Source of the DNA: Octopus vulgaris
Taxonomy: Eukaryota
Direction of reading: 5' to 3'
DNA: 64,000 nucleotides
NCBI GenBank assembly: GCA_951406725.2
Contig: OX597823.1
Coordinates: 68,200,001 to 68,264,000 of the forward strand
Below the pieces are notes generated by a model. That model saw nothing but the letters and a program-made list of their open reading frames with translations, made no database searches and was not told the origin of the DNA. Each line of letters begins with the position of its first letter. The stretch's first letter is position 1. Positions 38,416 to 50,970 of the stretch are shown in pieces. Made by a program: the position numbers and the translations under genes.

Positions 38416-39179
38416 ATTGGGAGAAAAAGTAAAAGAAAAACACTCTTGATCATGAGTTTGCTTGATCAGTGCTGATCTGAGGTTAAACAGCAACACAACT
38501 GATATGACCCTATATTGCTGTTTGTTACAAAATCAATGATCAATTGGTTTTTAAAGATACGTTGTATTTGATTGCCTTTTAGATGTTGAGTTTGTGCGTG
38601 TATGTTGATAGTTTTGGCAATGATGGATCTGCTGTTTGACAGATATCACTGGTGTTACTGTTGCATTATTCCAGTTAAATGAAAACAACCAATCAAACAG
38701 TTAAAATAACTCACTAAATTCATGGGTTTTGCTTTGATTTTGCACATCAATAATTTTGGAAGTTCAATGGATTGGATGGCTATTTCAGATGTAGATGTTT
38801 GTATATAAATTTGATGTAAATTATTTCAAGTGCAATCACTGAAATGTATTCCAACTATGCTTCTCAATGTAAGTAATCTATGTTATCCTAAACAATATAT
38901 AACTTCTAAAATAAATGCATCGTTTTCTTCCCTCATGAGCTTTTACATAAGTACTTGATCTATAAATTGCTGCAGCAAAATTCTCACAGTAAGCATTACC
39001 ATTTATAAAACAAAGGAGGATTGCCTATTGTATAATTCAAGATATGGTACCTAAAGTTTTAAGGAAAACAATACATTAAAGGAAAGATGGTCACAAACAC
39101 ACAAACACTGTAGAATTAAAATAAAAAGACGTAATGAATATGATAGTATGAAAGTTAATGTTGTCCATTAAAACATGTT

Positions 39180-39360
39180 GTTCAACCTGTGGGTCAGTTC
39201 TGATTCAGTAGACTAATGATTAATAACATTCCAACCAAGACCACTCCAACTTTATTTTGCAGGTATGCAGTAGCAGATGTGCCCATATTTTTTTTAAAGA
39301 TGGTATTGTCAAATTTGAGGGGGATTTGGCTACTAGTTTTAGCAGGTTCAATGAATATGT
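39180..39360 (+). mobile_element. Dispersed repeat family D
   Basis: GGTCAGTTCTGATTCAGTAGAC...CATTCCAACCAAGACC...TTTGAGGGGGATTTGGCTACTAGTTTTAGCAGG. Confidence 0.7.
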
Positions 39361-40964
39361 CATGAATCCTTAATGAGACAGCCAGACAAGGTTGTTGGTA
39401 GAAGTGTTATTGATAATCACAATGATAGAAATAATTTAGAAAACTGAAACAAGACAAACTTTCTTATCTGTTGAGACACTAACAAAGAACCATATGATAA
39501 ATTTGGGAATTCACAAAAATAAAAAAAAAACTGTAAAACTTTATTTGGTAAAATTTTGAAGTTTATGTGAACACACACTCACACATGAGTACAAACCCAG
39601 ACACACATATGTATACAGAGCATGATGATGGCACTATCTATTATCTTCAGTAAAGCTATGATGCTATCAGTAAGATTTTCCTCTTCATTGAAAAGTCTTG
39701 ATACCATCACAAATAGTCTATGTTACCATTAATAAACCATGATACTATTAGTAAATGTCTTTTGCCATTAATAAACTATGATGCCATCTATAGTACTATA
39801 AAAACATAATAAATAAATAAAAAATATGCTTGCTGCCACTAATATTTCCTTCTTAGAAAAGATTAAAAACAATTCTTGGAGAAAAAAATGGTGAAAAAAT
39901 TAGCACAATCTGAAGTAGAAAGATATGAACAAAAAAAAGGGCAAAAACAAAGAAAAAACTCAAACAAACACATATATGCACACGTACACACACACAGACA
40001 CACATACACACATGCAAGCAAAACCTTTGTTTTATCACTTGAAACCATTAGTCTCTATGAAATTTCTAATCTGTTCAACATCTTTATCTACATGGCAATT
40101 CTTTTGTGGAATTATATCACATGATCCAGCTCACAATATCTTAAAGGTTAGTAAGTTCTCACTTTATTTTCTCATGTTGGAAATATTTGAGAATCTTTTA
40201 AAGTTGCCTGGATCTAATCAGAATAAAAGCTGGAATGAAATATTCTTCTCTTTAAGATGTTTATATGTTAAATTATTTATTCTTTCCTTCATGTGAATTT
40301 TTTTTTAATGGGGTAAAAAGAAAGTCTGTATGTCAATGTAGGGAAAATGAAAAGTTCGTAACAATAGCTTAATAATATGTAACTTAAAAATAAAACAATA
40401 CAAAACCAGATAAAGAAAACCATCTCCCACTACATCTCCCAGCTTACCCCTAAAAAAATACAGCAAAATAAGTCTGTTGAATGAAATGGATATTCTCCAA
40501 GTTTATATTCTTTTGAAAGATTTATTGCTTACAGGTATTACTTCATTTTCTACATAAATCATAAATGAATTTAATAATAACAATTTATTTTGTCTAAGTA
40601 TTAGGTTTTTATTTTGTTTTTTAATAGTAGCATGTGGGGAATATCGTTAATTGTGTTTTGTGTATATAATATTGTAGGTAGTTATTTCATCTCAACAGTG
40701 AAGGAACGGACACAGAGAGAATGAGAGAGAGAGATGGAGAGAGCGAGAAATAGAGAGAGAGGGAAAGAGAGAGAGAGTCAAATTATACACCTGTTTCTGA
40801 ATTACCATTCTCGTACTTTTCACCAAATTTTTCCAACAGCAAAACTACTCTTCCTTGTTTCATTTTTCACAGTTGTTGGTGTAGCCTCAGAACAGCTTTT
40901 ATTGAAAATACATATGGTCAATGGCATTCCATCTTTTTTTTTTTTTTACTTGCTAAACCTGAAG

Positions 40965-41270
40965 GGGAGGGGCACTGTCTTAACCCCTACAGACTCTCTG
41001 AAACCAAGGGGATTGATGCTATTAATGTTCTGTTTAAACTGTTGTAGAAAAAATATGAACAGGGAAGTGGTCCCAAGGGGATGATATTTCAAAAAGAAAG
41101 GATTGGGCATAGCAGGTAGTTCAGGGTTGGGGAAGTGGATGCAGTAAGAATAACAAGAGGTGGAAAGATGAATGGCTCAAGGGCCCTGAGCAGTGGAGGC
41201 ATGAGATTAGCAGGTTTCAAGTGGAGGAGGCTATTATAGTAACAATAGACTGGAGTGTGTTTATTAGATG
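40965..41270 (-). mobile_element. CR1/L2-group LINE 3' end relic
   Basis: Minus translation VYCYYNSL...PANLMPPLLR...SSPWDHFPVHIF, resembling the CR1/L2 terminal pattern FYRYY.G.CS.EL..L.PP...SFF.RT..LWN.LP..VFP. GC-richer than the flanks. Confidence 0.65.
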
Positions 41271-41999
41271 AAATGCTGCTAAGCATTTTGCCTGGTGTGC
41301 TAATGATTCCGCCAGCTCACTGTCATACAGACAGATAAGACATTAACAACTGTGTGACATAGCCCTCAGGCGAGTACTATATGGATATAAAATATGTGTG
41401 CAGAGGAAGGCAACCATGTTTTCCTTTCATCTTGGATATGCTCAGTCAATTACATCAGTTTTACTAAAACAATAACAACAATAATGATGGTGTTCGTACA
41501 ATTGACACAATAATATCAAGTGACTTTGATGATATTTAAAAGTAATCTGAGAAACTAAGAATACATTAATTCAGCTAGTGAAATAAAATATTGTGGAGTA
41601 TTTAAACAAAAAAAAAATGTCTTTCTTTGATTTCATTTGCAATTAAGACAACTAGATTGATACTCAATTACTGTTGTTGCAAAATTAAAAAAAAAAAAAA
41701 TTAGAAGTTATCAATAAATATAAATGGATGGAAATTCTAGAAATTAGCAATAGAATCAGTACATGTTGCTAGATTTAATTTTTTTGTTTCAGAGTACTTG
41801 TTAACCTTGAACATTTTCTTTGCCTAATTATTGAGATATAACTAATTCATGGCCATAAAATAAAGGGAACTTTTTTCTATACTAGTCAAATTATAAATAA
41901 ATAAATAACAGCTACGGATGCTAATTCTACTACCAGCTTAGGCACAAAGTTATTATTATTACTATTATTATTAAAAGAAATCATTATTATTATTATTTT

Positions 42000-42190
42000 G
42001 AGCATAATGTCTAGCAGCATTTCTTCTGACTCATTGCATTCTAATTTCAAATTCTGCTAGGGTCAACTTTACTTTTCATTTTTCTGGGATTGATAAAATA
42101 AGTTCCAATCAAGTATTGGGGTTGATATAATTGACTATACCCCTTCCCCTACAATTTCAGGCCTTGTACACTATATTAGAAAGATTTAGT
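42000..42190 (+). mobile_element. SINE family A
   Basis: TTCAAATTCTGCTAGGGTCAACTTTACTTTTCAT...GATAAAATAAGT...TTGACTATACCCCTTCCC...ATTTCAGGCCTTGT. Confidence 0.8.
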
Positions 42191-42269
42191 ATTTTTATAA
42201 TTTGTGCTGTTGTATCTTTGTTTTCTATGAGCTCTAAGTATGGGTATTATTTATGATTAGCACTGATAT

Positions 42270-42778
42270 ATTGTAGTGAAAGAAGACTAAAATCTGAGAA
42301 CTAATATTCTGTTTGATTTGTGATATCTCAGTTTTGAAAGAGTTTTGAGAGAATCAAATATTTTCAGGCTGACAGTGTTTCTCTTGGGATTTGTATTTCT
42401 GATACTTTTGGGTTTCCTAGTATTTGGCCATAGAGGTTTAAGAGTGCAATTTAATATTGTCCCAAAAACTCCAATGAGCAAATGGTTGTTGTTTTTAGAT
42501 GCCACATTTTTGAGATCTCTATTTCAAAGTCTTTGTGTTTACTTAACTTTTCAAATGTTTTTAAAGAAGTGCTAGTCTGCTAGGATTAACATATATGTGA
42601 GCAAACGTTTTTTTTTTTAATGTGATTTATTTTTTGTCTCAACATCTGGTCTAGTTGTCTGAAGAACTTGATAAGTTTGAATACTAAAGTCCCCAAAACG
42701 GTGATCTCTTTATTTTCTACAACTTTTGCAAGCTTATGTTCCCACCAGTTCTCATATGAGAGTTCTTCTCACATGCAT
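42270..42778 (-). mobile_element. R4/Dong LINE relic (REL region) abutting (TTA)n
   Basis: Minus translation ENWWEHKLAKVVENKEITVL.DFSIQTYQVLQTTRPDV...LLIGVFGTI. Confidence 0.75.
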
Positions 42779-42792
42779 TATTATTATTATTA

Positions 42793-42826
<34 letters not shown>

Positions 42827-44019
42827 ATTATTTTGCAGGATTTGAGCACGTGAATCTTGATAAAATACAGAATACTGTAATATATTTAGTTTAGTGTTCT
42901 ACTGTTTAGCTACTACACAATGGAGGTAACAGGGCTAAAGCTAAACATTACAGACCCATTTCTCTCACGTCTCACACATACAACATTGTTGAATGTATGG
43001 TGCAAAAAAGAATAATTATGTACCTTGAAGAAAGCAACACCTAATAATAATAATAATAATAATAGCACTGCTCTCTCAATAATAATAATAATGATAATAA
43101 TAATAATATTAGCACTGCTCTCTCAATAATAATAATAATAATAATCTATTCTACTATAGGTGCAAGGACTGAAATTTTTGAGAGAATTTATGTGGGAGAA
43201 TTGGCTGCTATTTCTAGCAGTTTAATTATCCTGCAGAAGCTTTCTCGTTGGTTTGGTTAATTTGAACTTGATATCATTAGATAACTTGTTCTATTTTCTA
43301 TTACATTTTTCCCTGACTTAGTCAATGAAGAAACAGCAGCACTTATTGTCTTTTGTCAGAGCCTCCAATACTGACAGGAAGAAGGTGGAGACAGTACCCT
43401 TCAGACAGGAGACCTGACTCAAGCACCTAAAACAGTGTGTACTCAACTTAAAGCACACAAGAGCATAGTGGTGGTGCTAAATAGTGACAGATTAAACCTA
43501 CTATTTCAAAAAAAGATGAAAATAGCTAAAACATTATTTCTATTTATAACAAGATACTTTATGGAAAAATGAAACACTTAAGTTGTGATTTTCATACTCT
43601 TCCCCAAAACACTAAGAATGTAAAGGAAGTAAAATTGTTAGCACTGAAAATTAAACTAGCTTATAAGGAGTTGAAATAGCTGGGTAGACATGGCTTGCTG
43701 ATTGCACATTTGTTTGCTTTGCAAGGAATGCTACTAATATTTGTGTACAGCTAATGGCAAACTTACTACAAAGGTGTAGACCTTTTCCAATATTTAAACT
43801 GTTCAACTTAAGGCAATATACTTTCAGAATTTCTTGTATAATATTGTTTGTGACATGATGAGAAATGAAATATAAAGTGGTAACACTTTAAGTCTTTGGT
43901 AATCTGTTATGGTCATGATCTCTAAATAGCAGTTCAGTTCACTACTTGTTGAAGATTCAATCATTTATTGGATTCTGCTATGGATAACAATATGATAGTG
44001 ATGTCAATTACAAAAACAG

Positions 44020-44058
<39 letters not shown>

Positions 44059-44182
44059 TAGATAGATAGATAGATAGATGGATAGATAGATAGATGGATA
44101 GATAGATAGGCAGACAGATAGATAGACAGATAGACAGATAAACAGACAGACAGATGGATAGAAAGAGAAAGAGAGAGAGAAA
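44020..44182. repeat. (GA)n/(GATA)n/(GACA)n microsatellite
   Basis: Directly visible. Absent from the second duplicate copy. Confidence 0.95.
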
Positions 44183-44459
44183 GAAGTTGCTTTATATATT
44201 TTACTATTACTATTACCTAAAAATGTAAGAAAAGTAAGGCATGTGAGTAATGAATAAATCATGCTCAGGTAGAAGACATTTCAGATGACACTCTTCTATT
44301 TGATAATGAAAGAATGAATTACAATTATGTATTCCTATTGATACTTCTGATTTGTTATCTATACACATGTTCTTACACCCTCTTTCACATACATATAAAT
44401 ACTTACACACGTAAACAGACACACATACACACCTGACAGCCATCCAAGTCAAATAATTG

Positions 44460-44895
44460 TTTCTAATTTAAGCTCAATGATAGCAAATTTAATGGGATGG
44501 ATTAATTGATTATACTGACCCCAGTATTTGATTAGTTCTTTATCTTATCAACCCTGAAAGGATGAAAAACAAATTTGACCTTGGTGGGATATGAATCCAG
44601 AATGTAAAGGACTGGAAGAAATATTGTAAGGCAATTTTCCTGGCACTTTAACAATTCTTCCAGTCCATTGACTTCATATAATGTAGGCACAAAACCACAA
44701 ATTTGGATGGGGATGGGAGGGAGTTGGTTGATTAAATTGACCTCAATACTCAATTGCTACTTCAGTTTATCAAGCCTGGAAGAATGAAAGACAAAGTTGA
44801 CTTTGTGGGATTTGAACTCAGATGGCATACGTTTGTTACAAATATTGCAAAATGTTTTTAATTAACTATGCTGATGACTCCACTAATCCAACACC
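44460..44895 (-). mobile_element. Two tandem SINE family A copies
   Basis: GACCCCAGTATTTGA...CCTGAAAGGATGAAAAACAAATTTGACC and GGCACAAAACC...GAATGAAAGACAAAGTTGAC...GATTTGAACTCAGA. Confidence 0.8.
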
Positions 44896-45613
44896 TTCAT
44901 CCAAGTAAAATAATAGCCAATATTAATAATCTTCATTCAGAACAAGTCAAAGCCAGTCCTGATTTAGAAATTTATTATCAAAAAGTTTATTTATTAATAT
45001 AGGCTCCTTGCAGTTCCCAAACTCCTATTGGTGTTGCAGTACTTGGATTTCATTGGTGAAGAAGCCTTCATCTTGCTGGTCAAAATTCAAGTCATGCCCA
45101 TGTATTTCTTTCTAAGAACAGTGTATCCAAGCCCACATTATGCACTGTCCTTCTTTTCAAAAATGGAGGGTATATTTGAGGGAAATTTGGCAGTTATTTC
45201 TAGGAGGTTTGGTGACCACCCTCATTGCTCAAACAGATGTGTTCTAAGTATATATGAATTTAAAATAGGACACACTTCATAGGGTTTTATGATGAAATTA
45301 AATTGTTATTAATTTTCTCATTGGTTTAGATGGTGACCCCCTCCCACTTACAATAACATTTTCGGAAAAAAATATAACTGTCTTTATTCTGTAGAGCCTG
45401 ACTAGATTTTTTTTTAAATCTTGAGGAAAATTAATGGATGTTATCACCAAGAATGTCACACTCCAAATCCAGAGTTTTAATGATCAATGACATGACAATA
45501 CTGCCAAAAGTAACTTATTTTTGAATTAAAGTAACAACAGATATATCACAAAAGTATAGATATATACAAACAAAGTTCAAGCTAGGATGTATGCTCTCAG
45601 TGTTTCTTTATTA

Positions 45614-46302
45614 CAGGGGTCAGCTGAAAAGTTCATAGGCTCACCAAGATATTCTCAAGGAATGTGACCAAAAGAGGCTTATTTATTAATATAGGCCCCT
45701 TGCGGTTCCCAAATTTCTTCTATTGGTGTTGCAGTACTTGGATTTCATTGGTGAAGAAGCTTTCATCCTGCTGGTCAAAAATGTCCTCAACAACAGATAT
45801 GATGTCACCATCACTGCAATACTGGTTCCCAGCCAAATGCTTTTTCATATTGGGAAACAGGTGATAATCAGATGGGGGCAAATCAAGAGAATAGGAATGG
45901 TGATCGGCCAGTTCAAAGTCATAATTACACACAGCAGCCATTGAAGCAAAGTACTTGTGTGCTGGAGTACTGTCCTGATGAAACAAGACCCCTTTCTTCA
46001 GTTTTCCTGGGCATTTGGCCTTGATAGCCTTTTGCAAGTTGGCATAGTACTCTCCATTAATGGCATGGCCTTTCTGAAGATAGTTAATAAACAATGCCTT
46101 CTACATAAAAGAAAGTCAATCACCTGTCATACATCACTATGTGGTGAACATGGTCACTGTTGTTCCTAGGTAAAATTACATTTTACCTGGGAACAAAACA
46201 TGCGGTTCTTTATAATAAGAGTTGAAATTGATGCATGTAAGATTTCACAGTTCAAGCATTACTCCTTCATATTCAGCCTATAAACTTTTCAGCCCACCCT
46301 TG
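45614..46302 (-). mobile_element. Internally deleted mariner (Tc1/mariner) element with both TIRs and TA target duplication
   Basis: TIRs CAGGGGTCAGCTGAAAAGTTCATAGGCT and AGCCTATAAACTTTTCAGCCCACCCTTG are flanked by TA (45612-13, 46303-04). ORF 45720-46094 has YLQKGHAINGEYY...GVLFHQDSTPAH...HHSYSLDLPPSDYHLF (mariner DD34D region, YSPDLAPSD). Confidence 0.92.
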
Positions 46303-46771
46303 TACATCACTTGCATAGTCTGACATGATATGAAATTTAGCATTGAAACACTCTCAGTCTTTACTAGCCAGTGATGGTCATGATCTGAAAATAATAGTTC
46401 ACTACTTCAAAAGGATTTGAAGATTTATTGGATTCTGCTATGGGTAAAATGTGATGACAATGTCAATTATAAAAAGTGGTATTTACTTTCCAGTTACTAT
46501 TAGATACAAATGAAAGACACTGAGATGTATGAATGCTGAATAAACTGTGCATAGCTAGAAGACATTCCAGATGTCTTTTGCTCATTTCATAACAAACTAA
46601 TGAACTAAAATTACGTATTCACATCAATATCTCTGATTTGATATGTATACATATATATATATGTTGTTATACTCTCTTTCACATACAGACAGCAAACACA
46701 CATTTACAAATGGTAACCATCCAAGTCAGATATAATCAGACATAAACATTCTTAATTCCAAACAAGTGTTG

Positions 46772-46965
46772 TTATTTAGTCCAGGCCAGCCCTACTTCAG
46801 TAGACGTGTAACCAAAAGTATTCAAGCCATGACAGTTGTGTCATTTTACTCAGAACACTGCACCTATGCCCTTTTTATCCAATGTGTGTCACTATTCTAA
46901 GATAGTGGGAGTATTTGAGGGAGATTTGGTTGTTATTTTTAGGGGGCTGAATGATATTAGCTCAA
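46772..46965 (+). mobile_element. Dispersed repeat family D inside duplicate copy 2
   Basis: TTTAGTCCAGGCCAGCCCT...ATTCAAGCCATGAC...TATCCAATGTGT...TTTGAGGGAGATTTGGTTGTTATTTTTAG. The paralogous copy is at ~44950-45230. Confidence 0.75.
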
Positions 46966-48584
46966 ATAGATGGGTGTTCTTGGTGTAGATGAATTGAAAA
47001 TAGGTTAACCTTTCACAGGATTTTATAATGAAATTAAATTATAGATGGTTGATGCCTCTTGCTTGCAATGTCATTTTCATATAATGGCAGGAAAAAAAAT
47101 ATGGCCTATAGCTCTACAATGCCCAACTAGATTTAAAATAAATCCTCAAGGGAAATTAATGGATGATATCACTGAAAATGTCATACGACTAATCCGGAGA
47201 TTCAATCTTCAATGACATGACAGTGTCACTAACAGTGATTTATTTTCTAATTAAAGTAATGAAATACCAGACTAATGACCTAACTGAAGTTTACTATACA
47301 ATATCTAAAAGCCTTCAGTTTATAAATTAAAATTCCCAGATGCCGTACATCTCATTGCAACCATCCCTTTTTATATCTGTAAATACATGAATTAGAAAAA
47401 CCTGCAATACATCAACTTCAATACTTCCGAATTCTGTAACATTTTAACTTCTCTATTTCAAATTTGCTTTGACTTCCCTCTGTTTTAACACAAGCATAAA
47501 ATACTCTCAAACATGTATTCATAGTACAAAGCTACAACACACGTGCATCTCCTACAAAGTTTTTAAATTACTCTACTCATAATTTATCAGTACCTAAAAT
47601 ATTCTCTTTCCACAAAGAATATTTTTTTTACAGTAAATTATGCCATCCCACAAATTTTTTTGATAATTTATATTAATTTAAGGATTTCATATGGAATATG
47701 AAGGTGCACTTGAGCACTGTATACAATAATTTCATTATTATTTTATATACATAGTTGTAAGGTAAAATATTTTCGTTTTTTCTAATTAAAGAAAACTCAT
47801 ATTGTTATCTTATTTTCAAAGTGATATTAATTGATTAATAAACATTCATTTATGACTTGAAATATTTTTCAGGTTGTAAAATAATAATTTATAATAGGCA
47901 TACAAACAACTAGAATATTTAGTTACCATATCGTTTGTTAAACTCTATACTATAAGTACTTCCAAAATTTTCAAATAACCTTTAAAAAAATGTAAAGTAT
48001 TTCAACAATAAATTTTAATGTGATGAAATAAAGATTACAACATTTACAATTTTACTAGAACTTGTAATCAGTTTTAAGTTAATGTTCAGTCTTAAAACAG
48101 TTTTAAAAGTTTTTCTTTTTATATTTTGCCTTTGTTTACATTTGAAATAAAGATAAATTCCTTATATTAAATAGCATAAAAGGAAGTAAGAGATACCATT
48201 TGAATACTTTTATGATTGTTCTATAGACATTTCCATTTACTTTGCTTTTCTTTTGTGTACATGCAATAGCTCTTGCCATAAAAGTCAGGGAGGAAGCCAA
48301 GTATTTCAAGAACTTTAGTGCAAAGAATGCTAAAACATTATTTTCTTAACTTGTTTAACAATTTAGTGTTAACAAATAAATAAATGCACACACACACACA
48401 CACAAATAAATTTTTACAAAGGTATTTTGTTCAGACACACAAATTTAAAGTTTAGGATCTATTGTTCCCTATGTTCATCCAAATTTTAATATAGCATTAA
48501 AAATAGGTCTATTTTAAATAAAACATTATATCTCTGCTTTTCATGTTCACTTTAAAAATAGTAACAATAATAATAACAATAGTC

Positions 48585-49050
48585 AGAGAAATGCAAAATT
48601 TTGAGGAATTTTCCTATCCAAAGAGATAAGAAGCTAGAAAATAATAAGCCTGACATAACAATAATGGACAAGGAAAAGTGAAGTCATCTACTAATTAATC
48701 CATCATGTCTGTTTGATTACAGGGTTGTAAAGAAAGAGGATGAAAAATTAAAATAAAAAACTTCAATTCCTTAAAATTTGAAACTGCAAGATTGCAATAT
48801 TGTGAATGTAATAATTGGTGTATTGAGAACTTTAAGCAAAGATATAGACAAATAATTGAAGGAGATTGGAATTGAATGTCCTGTACAGCTTCTGTAGAAA
48901 GTTTGCCTCTGACAGAGTGGAAAGATTATCAGGATGGTCTTAAGGACTTGAAAGACCATTGAAAGCTTGTGGATACCTAGGTTTACAAGTAGTAAACTGC
49001 AACCCACATAAATTCTACCAGGAAAATAGAATGAACCTGAGTCAAATCAT
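48585..49050 (+). mobile_element. R4/Dong LINE relic (REL domain) between (TAA)n tracts
   Basis: EKCKILRNFPIQRDKKLENNKPDITIMDKEK*SHLLINPSCLFDYRVVKKEDEK...VIIGVLRTL...IGIECPVQLL*KVCL. Same subfamily as 29020-29515. Confidence 0.85.
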
Positions 49051-49489
49051 CAATAATTATAACAATAACAATAATAATAATAATGATTTCAAATGTTGAT
49101 GCAAGGCCAGCAATTTCAGAGGAATTGCTAAGCATTTTGTCTGGCATGCTAATGATACTGCCAGCTCACTGCCTTTATAATAATATGAAAAACAAATTCA
49201 AGTATTTTACAGTACAAAGTGGCAAAGGATTATTTGGATCATCAAGTAAGGAGATTAATTCAGGAGCTGGACGATATCACTTCCAACAAATAAATGGGTA
49301 CAGATGAAAGCAATAATGTATATTTGAAAGATGTATGAATGCAAATCAAAGATGAATAATTTACCAGAGTAAAAAACAACAACAAAGAGGCAAATAATAA
49401 TAATAATAATAGTAATAATAATAGTAATAATAATAACAATAATAATAGTAATAATAATAATAATAATAGTAATAATAATAGTAATAATC

Positions 49490-50200
49490 TTACACTCCTT
49501 TTAATAGCAAGAATAATATCTGTGCCAGTATTACGTTTTCAGTGCTAGCTATACTATCTGGCTCAGAACTGTATTGGAATGTCACAGTCCTAGGTTCCAT
49601 AGATTGTGACATGAGAAATCTTAGAACATCAAATTCTACACCATAAGTCTCTCACTTGACAGATGAGTGTCCAGGAGGAGTTTAAGATGGCAATTATCAA
49701 TATTTCTCAATAACCTTCCAACACCTGAGAATGACTGTTGTTAATTACAATTGTATGATCATACAAAAATAGCAAATTGATTGTTACTGAAGCAACAAAA
49801 TTCTCAAAAGAAATTGGATTATATTTTGAACTAAAAGTCTAAATCTAAATCAACAGTAAAGACACAAACAAATCAACTATGGTGAACAACTATGAAGACA
49901 TGCCAATACTGCAAACACAATGCTTATATAGAGATAAAAAATTAACTGAACTGGACGAACACACCTACTCTTAATGAGGAGACAGAATCAATGACATTAA
50001 CCATATAAAAACAGGCTACCACTATTTGGTATATTGAAAGGAATATTTATAGTTCCTTCAGTAGAAATGATGAATACCTGTGTGGTATATGCCATGAAAC
50101 ATTGCACAACACTATCACAATGTCCAACAATAGCTTCCACAAAATATTTATGCAGATATGATATTGTAGTGAATGCTTTACATATACCAACAATTTCAAG
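49490..50200 (+). mobile_element. R4/Dong LINE relic (post-RT region to CCHC knuckle)
   Basis: NSKNNICASITFSV (cf. N.KNKI.AINTFA), NEETESM (cf. K.ETE), and CGICHETLH...CPTIASTKYLCRYDIV (cf. CRLC...ET..H....CP.LA...Y..RHD). Follows a (TAA)n tract. Confidence 0.65.
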
Positions 50201-50499
50201 TAATGGTGCCAGTTGCATGAAGGATCTATTTGAGTGTACTTACATCAATTATATTTCCATGTTTTACAATCCAGTAAATTGCTTTGTTATACACCACAGC
50301 TGCTTATATTTAACAAGCAAGTGGAAGAGAAATTGTACAATTAGAATATTCTTATCAAGTAGATTTTACGTAATATATAGCAGAAAATAGTAGCAATTTA
50401 AAATAAATAGTTGAGAAATATATAAAACATATGAAATTATCTTTTTTTTTTCAAGGAGTCTTACAAATATAACAAAGAAGCTGGAGTAGTAAGGAGCAA

Positions 50500-50706
50500 G
50501 AAAAATACCTAACAAAAACACCAGGACTAACAAGTATATATAACATACAAAAAATAGCATTACTAGGCACCACACACATCCTACATAGAGCACTTTCAAT
50601 AGAGTAAAAATAGGAGTATCACGACAAACCACAGCATATACCCAAGGTACACAGACCTGCGCTTGGCAGTGCAGTCAAACCACATGATTAAAATAAGACT
50701 ACTGAA
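50500..50706 (+). mobile_element. R4/Dong LINE 3' end with (TAA)n tail
   Basis: KYLTKTPGLTSIYNIQKIALLGTTHILHRALSIE*, a short 3' UTR, then (TAA)n. Confidence 0.85.
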
Positions 50707-50722
50707 TAATAATAACAATAGC

Positions 50723-50760
<38 letters not shown>

Positions 50761-50761
50761 T

Positions 50762-50970
50762 AATCCTTCCATATTTTGGCACAAGGCCTGAAATTTTGGG
50801 GAAGTGAGCTAGTTGATTACATCAATCCTAGTATTTGATTGATATTTGTATTGACCTCAAAGGGATGAAAGGCAAAGATGACTTCAGTGCAATTTGAATT
50901 CAGAATGTAAAGACAAAATGCCACTAAACATTTAGTTTGGTGCACTAATGATTCTCCCAGCTCACCATCT
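50762..50970 (-). mobile_element. SINE family A, near full length
   Basis: AATCCTT...GGCACAAGGCCTGAAATTTTGGGG...GGATGAAAGGCAAAGATGACTTCAG...ATTTGAATTCAGAATGTAAAGAC...GATTCTCCCAGCTCACC. Confidence 0.85.

Larger units (their letters stand above)
43765..47260. repeat. Old head-to-tail tandem duplication (copy 1 ~43765-45535, copy 2 ~45545-47260)
   Basis: Collinear shared blocks: TGACATGAT (43851/46321), ATGGTCATGATCT, AGTTCACTACTT, ATTTATTGGATTCTGCTATGG, TAGAAGACATT.CAGATG, CTCTTTCACATACA, CCATCCAAGTCA, ATGAAATTAAATT, AAATTAATGGATG, TCAATGACATGACA, AATTAAAGTAA. Confidence 0.85.

Noticed and set aside
45720-46094. Active transposase or SETMAR-like host gene
   Set aside because: Only a 124-aa C-terminal fragment within a 689-bp internally deleted element, with degenerate catalytic-region motifs.
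49579-49612. Hairpin ATGTCACAGT...ATTGTGACAT
   Set aside because: Short and inside a decayed LINE coding region; probably chance.
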